DNA of 64,000 nucleotides, taken from UHGV virus genome UHGV-0023958; one strand, 5' to 3'. How positions within the stretch are numbered: the stretch's first letter is position 1; each line of letters opens with the position of its first letter. Positions 44,048-53,825 of the stretch are shown here, piece after piece. The notes below the pieces were generated by a model that had not been told where the DNA came from, did no database searches, and worked only from the letters and a program-made list of their open reading frames with translations. The stretch is from a virus. The translations under genes and the position numbers were made by a program.

Positions 44048-44773
44048 ATGGCAGCTAAAAAAAATTCTACAGAAACAATAGTTAAGAAAATCAATGTACC
44101 AGAAAATATCAAAGATTATATCTTTTTTAAAAGACTTCCGTTCAAGCTTGACGAAGAGCAGTGGAAATTTATAGAAGCGGTTTGGAATAAAAACAACATT
44201 GGTGTGTTTTGCAATGCTTGCGCTGGTTCAAGTAAAACAACGCTTGCAACAGCAATGGCACTGCTTATGACAAACGAGTTTAAATTATATGAATCTATTT
44301 ATTATATCGTTTCTCCTTGTCAAGAGTCAACATTGGGTTATTTGCCTGGGAATGTAGATGATAAAATTTCTTACTATATTGATCCAGTAATCGATGCAAT
44401 CACAACTTGCGGATATGATCCAGAAAAACTTATTGTTTCTGAAAATAATATGGAAAATGTAAAAAATGGAACGGCAACAATCAATGCTATTCCGTCAACG
44501 TTTCTTCGAGGAAGAAATTTCCAGAATGCGTTTGTTATTATTGATGAAATTCAAAATGCGACAACGCACGAAATCAAAAAGATTTTGAGTCGTTGCCACG
44601 ACAATTGCAAGATTCTTTGTCTTGGTCATACTGGACAGATCGATTTGAAATTCCCACAGGATTCTGGTTTCTTTAAATATATTGAAGCCGCGAAAAAGCA
44701 AGATTTTATAGAAGTCGTTGAACTTACCAAAGATTATCGAGGTAAATTCTCGCAATGGGCAGATAGTATCTAA
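44048..44773 (+). CDS. PhoH-like ATPase.
   Basis: P-loop AGSSKTT; LGHTGQIDL. Confidence 0.5.
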   Translation: MAAKKNSTETIVKKINVPENIKDYIFFKRLPFKLDEEQWKFIEAVWNKNNIGVFCNACAGSSKTTLATAMALLMTNEFKLYESIYYIVSPCQESTLGYLPGNVDDKISYYIDPVIDAITTCGYDPEKLIVSENNMENVKNGTATINAIPSTFLRGRNFQNAFVIIDEIQNATTHEIKKILSRCHDNCKILCLGHTGQIDLKFPQDSGFFKYIEAAKKQDFIEVVELTKDYRGKFSQWADSI

Positions 44774-44800
44774 AAAATTTTAAAAACCATTTAAATCTCC

Positions 44801-44829
44801 TTGACTTTATTTTGTGTTTATGATATAAT
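44801..44829 (+). promoter_or_regulatory. Promoter TTGACT-N17-TGaTATAAT.
   Basis: Consensus. Confidence 0.5.
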
Positions 44830-44862
44830 ATACTTACAAAATAAATTTAAGGAGATAAAAAA

Positions 44863-45237
44863 ATGGAAGTTCAAATCACAAATCACGCACATCAGAGATT
44901 TAAGGAAAGAGGGTATTCCAAGAGTCAACAGAAAATTCAGAACGCTTTTGATAAAGCTTGGAGTTGTGGAAAGACGATTGAAGATTTTAAGGACCATAAC
45001 CAGAAAAAGTATTTGAAAAACGTTCGAGATGCACATTCTTCCGAAGGCGCAAGATTTATTCGGGTTATGGGAAACAGAATTTATCTTTTCGGAGACGATT
45101 GCGTCGGAATTACTGTGATTGGAATTGATTCAAAGTATTTCGGTAAAAGAGCAAAATGGAGAGAGGCGAAAGAAGATGGAGAAGAAGATCGTGTATCAGC
45201 AGGATATTTTTGGAAAAGAACACCCGTATACTGTTGA
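44863..45237 (+). CDS. Hypothetical protein.
   Basis: RBS aaggag. Confidence 0.35.
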   Translation: MEVQITNHAHQRFKERGYSKSQQKIQNAFDKAWSCGKTIEDFKDHNQKKYLKNVRDAHSSEGARFIRVMGNRIYLFGDDCVGITVIGIDSKYFGKRAKWREAKEDGEEDRVSAGYFWKRTPVYC

Positions 45238-45481
45238 TGAAAATGGCATTATGCGCGCGAAAGACGAAAATGAAACACCAATTTTATTTGCAGACAAAAT
45301 CAAAGCATACGCCGTTGTAACGTGTTCTAAGTGCTATAATAGCTGCCGTATTGCGTTTACCGATGTGGCAAAGGCTAATACACGTGCGTTTAAAGTATGC
45401 TGTCCTTGGTGCGAATATGAGAACACAGTGGATTTAAAATATTTCAATGATAAAGCAAAATTTATTTTCGAAAAAGTTTGA
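45176..45481 (+). CDS. Zinc-ribbon protein (CxxC ... CxxC) overlapping the previous gene in another frame.
   Basis: RBS ggagagagg then ATG 45176. Confidence 0.35.
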   Translation: MEKKIVYQQDIFGKEHPYTVDENGIMRAKDENETPILFADKIKAYAVVTCSKCYNSCRIAFTDVAKANTRAFKVCCPWCEYENTVDLKYFNDKAKFIFEKV

Positions 45482-45499
45482 AAAACAGATTAAAATTAG

Positions 45500-45528
45500 T
45501 TGACTTTATTTTAAAAATATGATATAAT
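45500..45528 (+). promoter_or_regulatory. Promoter TTGACT-N17-TGaTATAAT driving the ncRNA / tRNA block.
   Basis: Consensus. Confidence 0.5.
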
Positions 45529-45534
45529 AAGAGT

Positions 45535-46056
45535 ACAAAATTGAGTTAGGTGCTACGAAGCAACACAGAGAAGTAAAACGTTTGAATCGTTAAAAAGCTT
45601 TCTTGAGATGAAGAAGCAGTAGTAAATGGATTTTGATAAACAGCCTAAATCAATGGTTAATTACCGAGTGCATTCGTAGCGCGGTGGCGCAACAACTCCG
45701 AAGTTGTAAAAATGTCGGGGAATACTTAATGGTTGCATACCGCCTGATTATGGATATGCTGACAGGTCAGTGAAAGTACTGCAAAAACTCCCGTTCGGAT
45801 AAATGTGTTGGGAGGACGTGGTTGATTATCCTACACCACACAAGTCGGATTAAGTCTGGCATCTATGTGTAGCCCCTTTAAAGGTGGCTTACGGAAAGAT
45901 CCTTAGTAATAAGGACTGCTGCTAACATAGTAATGTGTTAGTAAACAAAAAACCAGGTAGCTCGAATGGTATTACTTTCGCTGATATTGTTTTATTAGAT
46001 ATTCGGTTCGTAAAGTTTTTTTTCGAAGTACAAGAAGAATAGAGCTATCTATTTAT
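45535..46056 (+). ncRNA. Candidate structured non-coding RNA of about 520 nt between the promoter and tRNA-Tyr.
   Basis: Stops in every frame including TAA and TGA; higher GC than flanks; directly upstream of a tRNA. Confidence 0.25.
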
Positions 46057-46143
46057 GCGCAGGTATTCCGTTAAGGAGACGGGACGGACTGTAAATCCGT
46101 TGCCGTAAGGCTCTAGTGGGTTCGATTCCCTCACTGCGCACCA
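46057..46143 (+). tRNA. tRNA-Tyr (GTA), type II with a long variable arm.
   Basis: Acceptor gcgcagg/actgcgc; anticodon stem acgga/tccgt with loop cTGTAaa; variable stem gcc-gtaa-ggc; T-loop ttcgatt; CCA. Confidence 0.55.
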
Positions 46144-46822
46144 ATATGGTCGGATGGTGTAATCTGGTAGCACATCAGCCTTTGCGGTTGGGGGCACACG
46201 TTCAAATCGTGCATGGCCTACATTTGTTCGCTATCTACAGGCGGCTAATAAATAGAGTAAAGTGGGTATTGAGGAAAGTTGCGAATAGTGTAGAAAATAA
46301 GCAATTTACTGCAAACTATGTCCTCATAAAATGGTCTGTGATATTCCAGTGGCTGCGCAAAATATCAAATCATCTCAATGTAGAATTTGGCAATTGTTGC
46401 AACGATTTGTCAAAAGAGACTCAAGTGAAAGCAGAAATCCCTCAAAATTAAATCTACGAGGAATATGATCACCTTGGGCGCGAAATCCTGCGTAAATGTA
46501 GCAAGGGCAGGTAAAAAAGAGTCGAAGAGATGAGAGAGCGTTTCGCTGCTTTAATGCGAGATGTATAAGTTCTGTATTGTCGAGAGTCCTGCGAGAGTGG
46601 AAACAATTAGTATTTTATGTTTATTTGATTTATTTATTTTTTTTTAGATTATTATTCATTTTTTACTGATTACTATTACCTATACCCACAATACAGAAAA
46701 ACTCTATAATTGCACAGCGGATTATAGATAAGGCTGCCGTAGCATGTAACGGAAATCAATGCAGTTACGTAAAGGACTGACAGATTACTGAGAATCAGAA
46801 AATCTCAAAGCTGTATAAATAT

Positions 46823-46899
46823 TGCTTCTTAGCTCAGCTGGTTAGAGCGCGTGACTGTTAATCACGATGTCCAGAGTTCGAATCTCTGAGAAGCAGCCA
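46823..46899 (+). tRNA. tRNA-Asn (GTT).
   Basis: Canonical cloverleaf tgcttct-ta-gctc-agctggtta-gagc-g-cgtga-cTGTTaa-tcacg...cagag-ttcgaat-ctctg-agaagca-g-cca. Confidence 0.85.
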
Positions 46900-47363
46900 T
46901 TAAATTGAATAGCATGTAATGGGAACATATCCGGAGTAGAATACATCTGATTAAAATAACAAAATCTTCGTTAGTTAGCCTCCCCGACGTCTGCTGATAT
47001 GGCTGATGGAGTCCTTGCTATTCTTGATAATTGAGGAGTGATAAACCTGACAAAGTTGAAATGATATATACGATGTCCGTACTGAAACGTATCAGACAAA
47101 TATCAAGACGTTATAGCTCTACCGACACGTCAGATCGGGTAATGGGTAATAAGAGCTTACTTATAGTATCTTAGAGTAATTTAGTACCTTAAATGAAATA
47201 AGTAAATGTAATTCAATTTAAAAGTATTTCTTTGATTTAAGGGTTAGGTAGGAGTGGCTACGCAGACCAACTCAAGAGTGTCTTGGCGTAAAGTAGATGA
47301 AAAGAAAGAAATTGGTTGAATTAAATTTAATGATTAACCAAAGTCCATTGGTTATAAATACGT

Positions 47364-47437
47364 GCGATATTAGTGTAGTGGTAACACAATTGATTTCCAA
47401 TCAATTATCATCAGTTCAAATCTGATATATTGCTCCA
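47364..47437 (+). tRNA. tRNA-Gly (TCC).
   Basis: gcgatat-ta-gtgt-agtggta-acac-a-attga-ttTCCaa-tcaat-tatc-atcag-ttcaaat-ctgat-atattgc-t-cca. Confidence 0.8.
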
Positions 47438-47550
47438 GCACCCTACGGTAGGTATACATACGCGTAGTCCGAAGTCATTGGCGGATAGAGTAAGTAGAAG
47501 CTATAGATTCTAAGCACCAGCATCGCTCTCGACACTAACGGATGCTACCC

Positions 47551-47627
47551 GGAAGTTTAGTTCAGTTGGTTAGAACGCTACCTTGACATGGTAGAGGTCA
47601 TAGGTTCAAGTCCTATAATTTCCACCA
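47551..47627 (+). tRNA. tRNA-Val (GAC).
   Basis: ggaagtt-ta-gttc-agttggtta-gaac-g-ctacc-ttGACat-ggtag-aggtc-atagg-ttcaagt-cctat-aatttcc-a-cca. Confidence 0.8.
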
Positions 47628-47949
47628 AAGGCCGAACATTGCCTTGGGCGTATCCAAAAATTGTTTCCGCATTAGTTGCGATAGTACAAGGTGCGATATC
47701 TATCAAAGATACGCTGGTAGAATATCGAGAAGTCCGACGAACACCTGACGTTCGAGGTGGCATCAGTTAATTGCCATTATAGGAGATTGTTTTGCAAGAC
47801 GATTTTCCAATTAACATGGAATATAATAGGTATTATATAGCGTTTAAGCTTTATAAGGAACGAAGCTTTCGGTGAAGTCGTTAAAATCGACAGACCTATA
47901 TTTTGAAGTATTATATTCTGAACCGCAAAAATAATAAAATGGAGTTCTT

Positions 47950-48174
47950 ATGAAAATTTACTTACGCACTTTAAAGATGTAAATGATTTCGCAAAAATTA
48001 CTGAAAATCTAGATTGCGAAGTTGTTGTAGAAAGCGAAGATAGAAAGTATCGAGTAGATGGAAAAAGTATTCTTGGTATTTATTCCCTCAATCTTTCAAT
48101 GCCGCTGATTCTTTCTGTTTCAGAAACAGAAGAAGATAAATTTTTCAAATACCGCTGGTTTGAAGAGGAAGATT
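47950..48174 (+). pseudogene. Small gene interrupted after 9 codons. ATG 47950 with RBS tggag reads MKIYLRTLKM then stops. A -1 shift at T_TTA_AAG (47970-47976) would give about 75 aa with weak HPr-like similarity.
   Basis: The -1 frame is open 47922-48174; a canonical X_XXY_YYZ heptamer lies directly before the 0-frame stop. Confidence 0.3.
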
Positions 48175-48248
48175 AAGCCGAATCAAACCTTTCTTTCTGC
48201 CAAAAGGAAAAGCGTATTTATATAATCCAAAGAGTAGAGGTGATTATT

Positions 48249-48578
48249 ATGAAGTTTTATAGTGAAAAGACGAAGAAGTATTATGATAAGGCAGACGATT
48301 GTGTTGCCGACGAAGCTAAATTCGATAAAGAATTGGCTCAAAAGGAAGAAGCCGCAGCCCTTGCGAAAGCAGAAAAGGAGAAGGCTGTCGCTTTAAGAAA
48401 AGAAGAGGCGAAGAGAATTGAAGAAAAAATTGCCGAAAGAGCTAAACTCGATAAGGAAATTGATACTTTGATGAATGAATTTACAAAGAAATATGGTTCG
48501 TTCCATTATACTTTTAAAGATTCCGATTGCAGTTTCTCGAACTTTTTTGAATATTTGATTAACCAGTTCTTGCTTTAA
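48249..48578 (+). CDS. Hypothetical Lys/Glu/Ala-rich coiled-coil protein.
   Basis: RBS agaggtg. Confidence 0.4.
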   Translation: MKFYSEKTKKYYDKADDCVADEAKFDKELAQKEEAAALAKAEKEKAVALRKEEAKRIEEKIAERAKLDKEIDTLMNEFTKKYGSFHYTFKDSDCSFSNFFEYLINQFLL

Positions 48579-48594
48579 AAGTTCAAAAACAAAG

Positions 48595-48625
48595 TGGGGC
48601 ATGGCAGTGCCCCAAATTTTCGTTT
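48595..48625 (+). terminator. Intrinsic terminator tggggca-tggcag-tgcccca followed by aattttcgttt.
   Basis: 7-bp GC stem plus a T-rich tail. Confidence 0.55.
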
Positions 48626-48637
48626 ATAGAGGTGTTT

Positions 48638-49303
48638 ATGAAATTACTTGAAGATTTATACTTACGTTGTTTAAATGTTCCGTATATTCACACAGAAAAT
48701 GATGGAGATTATTTTTATGAAATTAAAAATAATATTCTTTATTTGTATTTTCAGTGTACGCATGGCGGAGATGATTGGAAAAATAATTTAGATTTTCCCG
48801 CTGTACCGTATTCAGACATGGGAATCAAATGGAGATGTCATCGCGGTTTTCTCCGTGTTTGGAAATCGATCAAACCTTTTTTGAAAGATGTAATTATGGA
48901 CGAAGGCATTAAAGGTGTGTATGTCGTTGGTTATTCCCACGGAGCTGCAATCGCTACGCTTGCACATGAATATGTTTGGTTTAATCGTCCAGATCTTCGT
49001 AATAATATGAAGGGGTTTGGGTTTGGTTGCCCAAGATGTTATTGGGGTTTCAGAGTTAAAAAATCTTTAAAAGAACGTTGGGAAAATTTTTATCCAATCA
49101 GAAATATTAATGATTTAGTTACACACGTTCCCCCAGTGCTTTTTGGTTTCAGACATGTTCATAAAGTTTTTGAATTAGAAAACCCAGATTTGAAAAACGT
49201 TCATAAAAATTGTCCAGCGATTGATGCACACTATGCCGATAATTATATTTACAGTATTCAAAAGGAAAGCGAACACACAGAATTTTATGTGAAAGAGGAA
49301 TAA
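48638..49303 (+). CDS. Alpha/beta-hydrolase, lipase class 3-like, with GYSHG nucleophile elbow.
   Basis: GxSxG motif VVGYSHGAAIA. Confidence 0.45.
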   Translation: MKLLEDLYLRCLNVPYIHTENDGDYFYEIKNNILYLYFQCTHGGDDWKNNLDFPAVPYSDMGIKWRCHRGFLRVWKSIKPFLKDVIMDEGIKGVYVVGYSHGAAIATLAHEYVWFNRPDLRNNMKGFGFGCPRCYWGFRVKKSLKERWENFYPIRNINDLVTHVPPVLFGFRHVHKVFELENPDLKNVHKNCPAIDAHYADNYIYSIQKESEHTEFYVKEE

Positions 49304-49306
49304 ATC

Positions 49307-49609
49307 ATGATTGACGAAAAAGAGCTTATTAAAAAATTAGATGAAGCAAAAAAAATGCACAAAGAGGCGTGCGAACGTGGAAATGGATTGGTTGCAGAAT
49401 ATTATGAAGGTGTAATCGATACGCTTTCCGATATTATCATTGTCGATTCATTAACTAGGGAAGATGAATGGATTATTGCGGTGAATAACGTTTATGTTGA
49501 AATAGTGAAAAACATTTCTGGCAAACAATTTGATCCGAATGTTAAACTGTTCGTATTAGATGCAATTTCTGAATCTTGCGATAAAATTAGAAAAAGTTTT
49601 GAAAAATAA
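49307..49609 (+). CDS. Hypothetical protein.
   Basis: ORF track. Confidence 0.4.
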   Translation: MIDEKELIKKLDEAKKMHKEACERGNGLVAEYYEGVIDTLSDIIIVDSLTREDEWIIAVNNVYVEIVKNISGKQFDPNVKLFVLDAISESCDKIRKSFEK

Positions 49610-49620
49610 TATAAAATCAG

Positions 49621-49649
49621 TTGACTTTTAAAACCATCTGTGGTATAAT
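49621..49649 (+). promoter_or_regulatory. Promoter TTGACT-N17-TGgTATAAT.
   Basis: Consensus. Confidence 0.5.
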
Positions 49650-49679
49650 CTAAATATAAAATTTAGAGAGGTATTACAG

Positions 49680-49865
49680 ATGGTTTATTTAATTGCGATT
49701 ATTGCTTTGGCACTTGCACTCCTTACGGTGTTTATCTTCGGAGATAAACTTGGGTTTCCGCAGGTAAAGATGATTAGCACGAAGTATCGTATTGTTATTT
49801 GTGTAATCATTGTTTTGGCGGCAATTGTTGATTTTGGATTTGTTAAAACGGTTATTTTGGGGTAA
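49680..49865 (+). CDS. Small two-TM membrane protein.
   Basis: RBS agagagg; hydrophobic helices. Confidence 0.4.
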   Translation: MVYLIAIIALALALLTVFIFGDKLGFPQVKMISTKYRIVICVIIVLAAIVDFGFVKTVILG

Positions 49866-49868
49866 TTT

Positions 49869-50387
49869 ATGAAAAATGAAGTTGTAAATTGTAAAGAAGA
49901 AATATTAAATAATTTGTTTGTAAAGTGTTCTTGTGGCGGCGAGATTATTGAATTTCAACACATCAAAGACTCAGATAATGAGCAGATTTGTAAAATTAAA
50001 TACTACGGGCTTTTAAATAATCTGGAAGATGATTATGCCACTTCTTATGGGACAGAGTTTACTATGTCTGTTGAAAATATGGTGCGTTTTTGTCATTCCG
50101 TATATCAGATGTATTTGTTCTTTGAAGAAGAAGAAAATACGGATAGTATAAAAACACTGGAATTTAATGACGAGTATGAAGGTTCTGAAAACATAATTCG
50201 TGTTTATTATTGTGAAAAAGATTCTTATATGTTTATTCAGTGCTACTATAAGGATAACGAAAAGAAAATCGATATGTGGGAAATCGGAATACTTGACCAA
50301 GATAATATCGTCGATTTTATGGTAAGACTTTTAAAATTTGCAGAAGATATTTCGGAGAGTAAACAAAATGTATTGTTGGAAAATTAA
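49869..50387 (+). CDS. Hypothetical protein.
   Basis: ORF track. Confidence 0.4.
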   Translation: MKNEVVNCKEEILNNLFVKCSCGGEIIEFQHIKDSDNEQICKIKYYGLLNNLEDDYATSYGTEFTMSVENMVRFCHSVYQMYLFFEEEENTDSIKTLEFNDEYEGSENIIRVYYCEKDSYMFIQCYYKDNEKKIDMWEIGILDQDNIVDFMVRLLKFAEDISESKQNVLLEN

Positions 50388-50541
50388 GAAATGCGGCGAA
50401 AAAGATTATGAAAAATTTATAACCAATAGAAAGTTCACACTTAAATCGTTTAAAAAATATATTTATGATTTGAGAATGGATTTGTATGAAGGAAATTGTT
50501 GTATTCATCAGGATTTAAAATATAAGGAGAAAAGAAAATGA
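50368..50541 (+). CDS. Small Cys-containing protein overlapping the previous gene.
   Basis: ORF track, internal ATG. Confidence 0.3.
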   Translation: MYCWKIKKCGEKDYEKFITNRKFTLKSFKKYIYDLRMDLYEGNCCIHQDLKYKEKRK

Positions 50542-50816
50542 TTAGCAATCATGCTTTTTGTGAAATTGTAAAGGCGGTTAGAGCGCAGGGTAAATATATT
50601 GGTAAGATTGAAAGCGCACTCGGCGTAATTCTCGAAGATGCTTGGAAGCCGATGACGGACGTTATCAATGTTCTTGAATACGAAATGGATTGCGGTGTTT
50701 GGGAAGATGAAGTTTTTGATAAAATCTTCGACACCGATGAAAAGCCGTCAGACATTTATTTTTATATACTGAATAACAACAAACAGGAGAAAGAAGAAGA
50801 TGCCGAAGAAGAGTGA
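50538..50816 (+). CDS. Hypothetical acidic protein.
   Basis: RBS aaggag. Confidence 0.4.
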   Translation: MISNHAFCEIVKAVRAQGKYIGKIESALGVILEDAWKPMTDVINVLEYEMDCGVWEDEVFDKIFDTDEKPSDIYFYILNNNKQEKEEDAEEE

Positions 50817-51162
50817 GTGTTTGCTGACAAAAGAAGAATTTTGCAAATACATTAATTTTATCAAAGCTCGTATTGAAGCAGAAGATAAGATCAATGATTT
50901 GTTCACCGAAGAGTTTACCGATAGCATTTTTATGCCTTATGGAAAATGTATTGATAAAATTGTCAGTTTATTATCGAAAATAATGCGTTGTAACGCCATA
51001 GACACGTGGGGAACGACCGATATCGACTATTTCATCTACGAGCTTGACTTCGGCAAGAAATGGCCAGGATACAGTGCTTACGATGAACATGGTGCGCCGA
51101 TTCCAATGAGGACACCAGAAGAACTTTATGACTATTTGATTAAAGAAAACTTTGAGGATTGA
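50800..51162 (+). CDS. Hypothetical protein.
   Basis: ORF track. Confidence 0.4.
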   Translation: MPKKSECLLTKEEFCKYINFIKARIEAEDKINDLFTEEFTDSIFMPYGKCIDKIVSLLSKIMRCNAIDTWGTTDIDYFIYELDFGKKWPGYSAYDEHGAPIPMRTPEELYDYLIKENFED

Positions 51163-51163
51163 T

Positions 51164-52348
51164 ATGAAATTACAACTATTAGATTTTATTAAACAGAACA
51201 AAGAGAACTGGAAAGATGTTTTGCAGAAGCCACCTTATTCTCTTATTGTAAAAGAAGACGATGATTATATTTTGTTAAAATATAATCAGTTGGAATCTGA
51301 TTTATCAAATTCAATTGTTCAGGAATGCCGTGGAATAATTTTACGTAAATCAGATTTAAAGGTTGTTTGCTTTCCTTTTACAAAATTCTTCAATTATCAC
51401 GAACCGAACGCTGCTAATATAGATTGGGATGGTGCACGCGTTCTTGATAAGATCGACGGGAGTTTGATGAAGCTTTGGTTTGACAATGGGTATTGGCATT
51501 GGTCCACAAACGGAAATATCGATGCTGATAAAACAGAATTCGCAGTAAACGACTTATCGCAGATGTATTGTCCTTGTAAAACTTTTGGAGAATTAATTCG
51601 TACGGCTGTAAATTATAAAGATTTAGATTTTAATAATCTAAATAAAAATTTTACGTATATGTTCGAACTGGTATCTCCGTATACTAAAATTGTAATTCCG
51701 TATTCGGAAACAAAACTTTATCATCTGGCCACTCGTGATAACACTACGTTTGAAGAACTCGAAACGGACATCATTGTTGAGAAACCGAAATCTTATGATA
51801 TTTCGACCGTTGATGATTGTGTGCTTGCTGCCGAAAAACTTTCTTCCGATTATGAAGGTTTTGTTGTTGTAGATAAGAATTATCATCGTATTAAAATCAA
51901 AAACCCAAAATATCTTATGATGCACAGAATGGCAAGTAATAATTCTTTGAGTATCAAAAATATTCTTGAGATGATTAAAATTAATGAATGTAGTGAATTT
52001 CTTTCTTACTTTCCAGAATATACGAACGCATTTAAAATTGTAGATCAAATTCTTAAAAAGTATTATTTTGAAATGAGCAAAGAATACTACGAGTTTAAAG
52101 AACAATCTGTGTTTTTATCACGGAGAAAAATTGCAGAAAAGATAAATAGTAATGCTAAATGGAAAGATTATCTTTTTGGAGCAATATATAAAAACAAAAC
52201 AGATGAAGAAAAGTATTTGTTCGAAATGAAGGGCGATAGACTTTTAAACCTTGTTCGCGAAGATTATAAAAAAATGATGGAGAAAAAAGATGCGGATACC
52301 TATTTTATACATAATGTGTGGACTGCCAGCGTCGGGGAAAACAACTAA
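51164..52348 (+). CDS. RNA ligase, T4 Rnl1-like.
   Basis: Nucleotidyltransferase motif I KIDGSL, resembling T4 Rnl1 KEDGSL. Confidence 0.55.
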   Translation: MKLQLLDFIKQNKENWKDVLQKPPYSLIVKEDDDYILLKYNQLESDLSNSIVQECRGIILRKSDLKVVCFPFTKFFNYHEPNAANIDWDGARVLDKIDGSLMKLWFDNGYWHWSTNGNIDADKTEFAVNDLSQMYCPCKTFGELIRTAVNYKDLDFNNLNKNFTYMFELVSPYTKIVIPYSETKLYHLATRDNTTFEELETDIIVEKPKSYDISTVDDCVLAAEKLSSDYEGFVVVDKNYHRIKIKNPKYLMMHRMASNNSLSIKNILEMIKINECSEFLSYFPEYTNAFKIVDQILKKYYFEMSKEYYEFKEQSVFLSRRKIAEKINSNAKWKDYLFGAIYKNKTDEEKYLFEMKGDRLLNLVREDYKKMMEKKDADTYFIHNVWTASVGENN

Positions 52349-53279
52349 GGCTAAAGAAATTGTTGCAGAAGAAGGTGCGGAATACGTATCGTCTGATGAA
52401 ATCAGAAAAGAATTATATGGCGATGAAAGTTGTCAGTCCGATAATCAAAAAGTATTTGAACATTATTACAAAAGAATGAATCAATATCTTTCCGAAGGAA
52501 AAGATGTTGTTATTGATTCAACAAATGTTACTTTGAAATCGAGAAAAAGAATTCTTTCAGAATGTAAAGTAGATTGTATAAAATTGGTTTATATAATCAA
52601 CACACCTATTGAAATTTGCTATGAAAATGATTTAAAAAGAGAAAGACATGTCGGAAAAGAAGTTATTGATAAATTCTGGAAGAATTTTCAGTGTCCGCAA
52701 AGTTTTGAAGGTTTTGATTCAATAGTGATAATTCAAAATAATCATGAAAAAAATTTTGACAAAGATTTTTTTGAAGAAACTATTAAAAAAATGAATGATT
52801 TTGATCAAAAAAATCCACATCATAAATTTACTTTGGGAGAACACTGCCTGATAACGAAAAAATTATTAGAAAAGATGATAAATAACACAGACAGTTTTTA
52901 TGAAAAAAGATTGTTTTTTACGGAAAAAGTTAAAAAAAGTGTTTGTTATGCTGCTCTGATTCATGATGTCGGTAAAATGTTTTTTCAATCTTTTGATAAA
53001 GATGGTGTTGCCCATTATTATAATCATGCAAACATTGGAACATATTATCTTGTTTCGCACATGAGTGAATTTTTAGATTCGATTGACAAGGATTGTTTTC
53101 AATATGTTTCATATATTTTATTTTTAGTAAATTATCACATGCTTGCACACGAAATTCATACCGAGAAAGCTATAAATAAATATAAAAATCTTTTTGGCGA
53201 AGATTTGTTTAATTTATTAATGAAGTTTCAAAAGTGTGATAGTTTGGCTTCTGGAACGGCTGGAGAAATTGATTTATGA
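52290..53279 (+). CDS. Polynucleotide kinase (P-loop GLPASGKTT) fused to an HD phosphohydrolase domain.
   Basis: Walker A at the N-terminus; LIHDVGK HD motif. Confidence 0.55.
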   Translation: MRIPILYIMCGLPASGKTTKAKEIVAEEGAEYVSSDEIRKELYGDESCQSDNQKVFEHYYKRMNQYLSEGKDVVIDSTNVTLKSRKRILSECKVDCIKLVYIINTPIEICYENDLKRERHVGKEVIDKFWKNFQCPQSFEGFDSIVIIQNNHEKNFDKDFFEETIKKMNDFDQKNPHHKFTLGEHCLITKKLLEKMINNTDSFYEKRLFFTEKVKKSVCYAALIHDVGKMFFQSFDKDGVAHYYNHANIGTYYLVSHMSEFLDSIDKDCFQYVSYILFLVNYHMLAHEIHTEKAINKYKNLFGEDLFNLLMKFQKCDSLASGTAGEIDL

Positions 53280-53737
53280 AAGATAAAGTAAGAGAAGTTT
53301 GTATATATAGAAAAAAAGACAATGGAGAAATCAGACCGCGTATTTACAGAAGGTGTGATAGAGATTGGAAATACGAAGATGAAGCCGATTTTCTTGCAGC
53401 GATAATGTGGATGCTTATTTTGGATTTTCTGTTTACGCTACCGTTGATGCAAATCACAGCTTGGTTTTTGTTATTTTTAAGCCTTCCTTGTTTAATGTTT
53501 GCCGTTCTTTTTGGATATTTAGAGAAAAGAATTCTGGATAGATGTTGGAATGAGTTGTATTTAAAATCAAAAACATCAGAACAACAAAAACTCAAAGAAG
53601 ATTTTATTGTTCAACGTGAAAATTGGATTACAACTTGCGAAGGTTTGAAGAACACTCCGATTGGTAAACTCACTACATCACAGAAAGAAAGAATGGAAAA
53701 GTTGGAATACGATATTAAATATTTAGATTTTCTTTAA
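53276..53737 (+). CDS. Membrane protein.
   Basis: TM helices. Confidence 0.4.
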   Translation: MKDKVREVCIYRKKDNGEIRPRIYRRCDRDWKYEDEADFLAAIMWMLILDFLFTLPLMQITAWFLLFLSLPCLMFAVLFGYLEKRILDRCWNELYLKSKTSEQQKLKEDFIVQRENWITTCEGLKNTPIGKLTTSQKERMEKLEYDIKYLDFL

Positions 53738-53745
53738 AAATTTTA

Positions 53746-53795
53746 AAGTCAAGTGCGTAAAATCGCTTGACTTTTTTTTATTCGTTTGATATAAT
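53746..53795 (+). promoter_or_regulatory. Terminator hairpin aagtcaag...cttgactt plus a T8 tract. Its 3' arm is the -35 of a TTGACT-N17-TATAAT promoter.
   Basis: Seen in the sequence. Confidence 0.5.
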
Positions 53796-53825
53796 ATACG
53801 TACAAAGATAGCGAGGTGAGAAATT

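Noticed and set aside
46147-46224. tRNA-like segment (ggtgtaatctggtag D-arm-like, ttcaaat T-loop-like) right after tRNA-Tyr.
   Set aside because: I could not close an acceptor stem or an anticodon stem. It is possibly a degenerate tRNA remnant or part of a larger ncRNA.
46116-46451. 111-aa plus-strand ORF.
   Set aside because: It starts inside tRNA-Tyr, has no RBS and a W/R/H-rich unnatural composition. It lies in the probable ncRNA block.
47578-47770. Two overlapping 60-aa ORFs on opposite strands.
   Set aside because: Both overlap tRNA-Val and are spurious.
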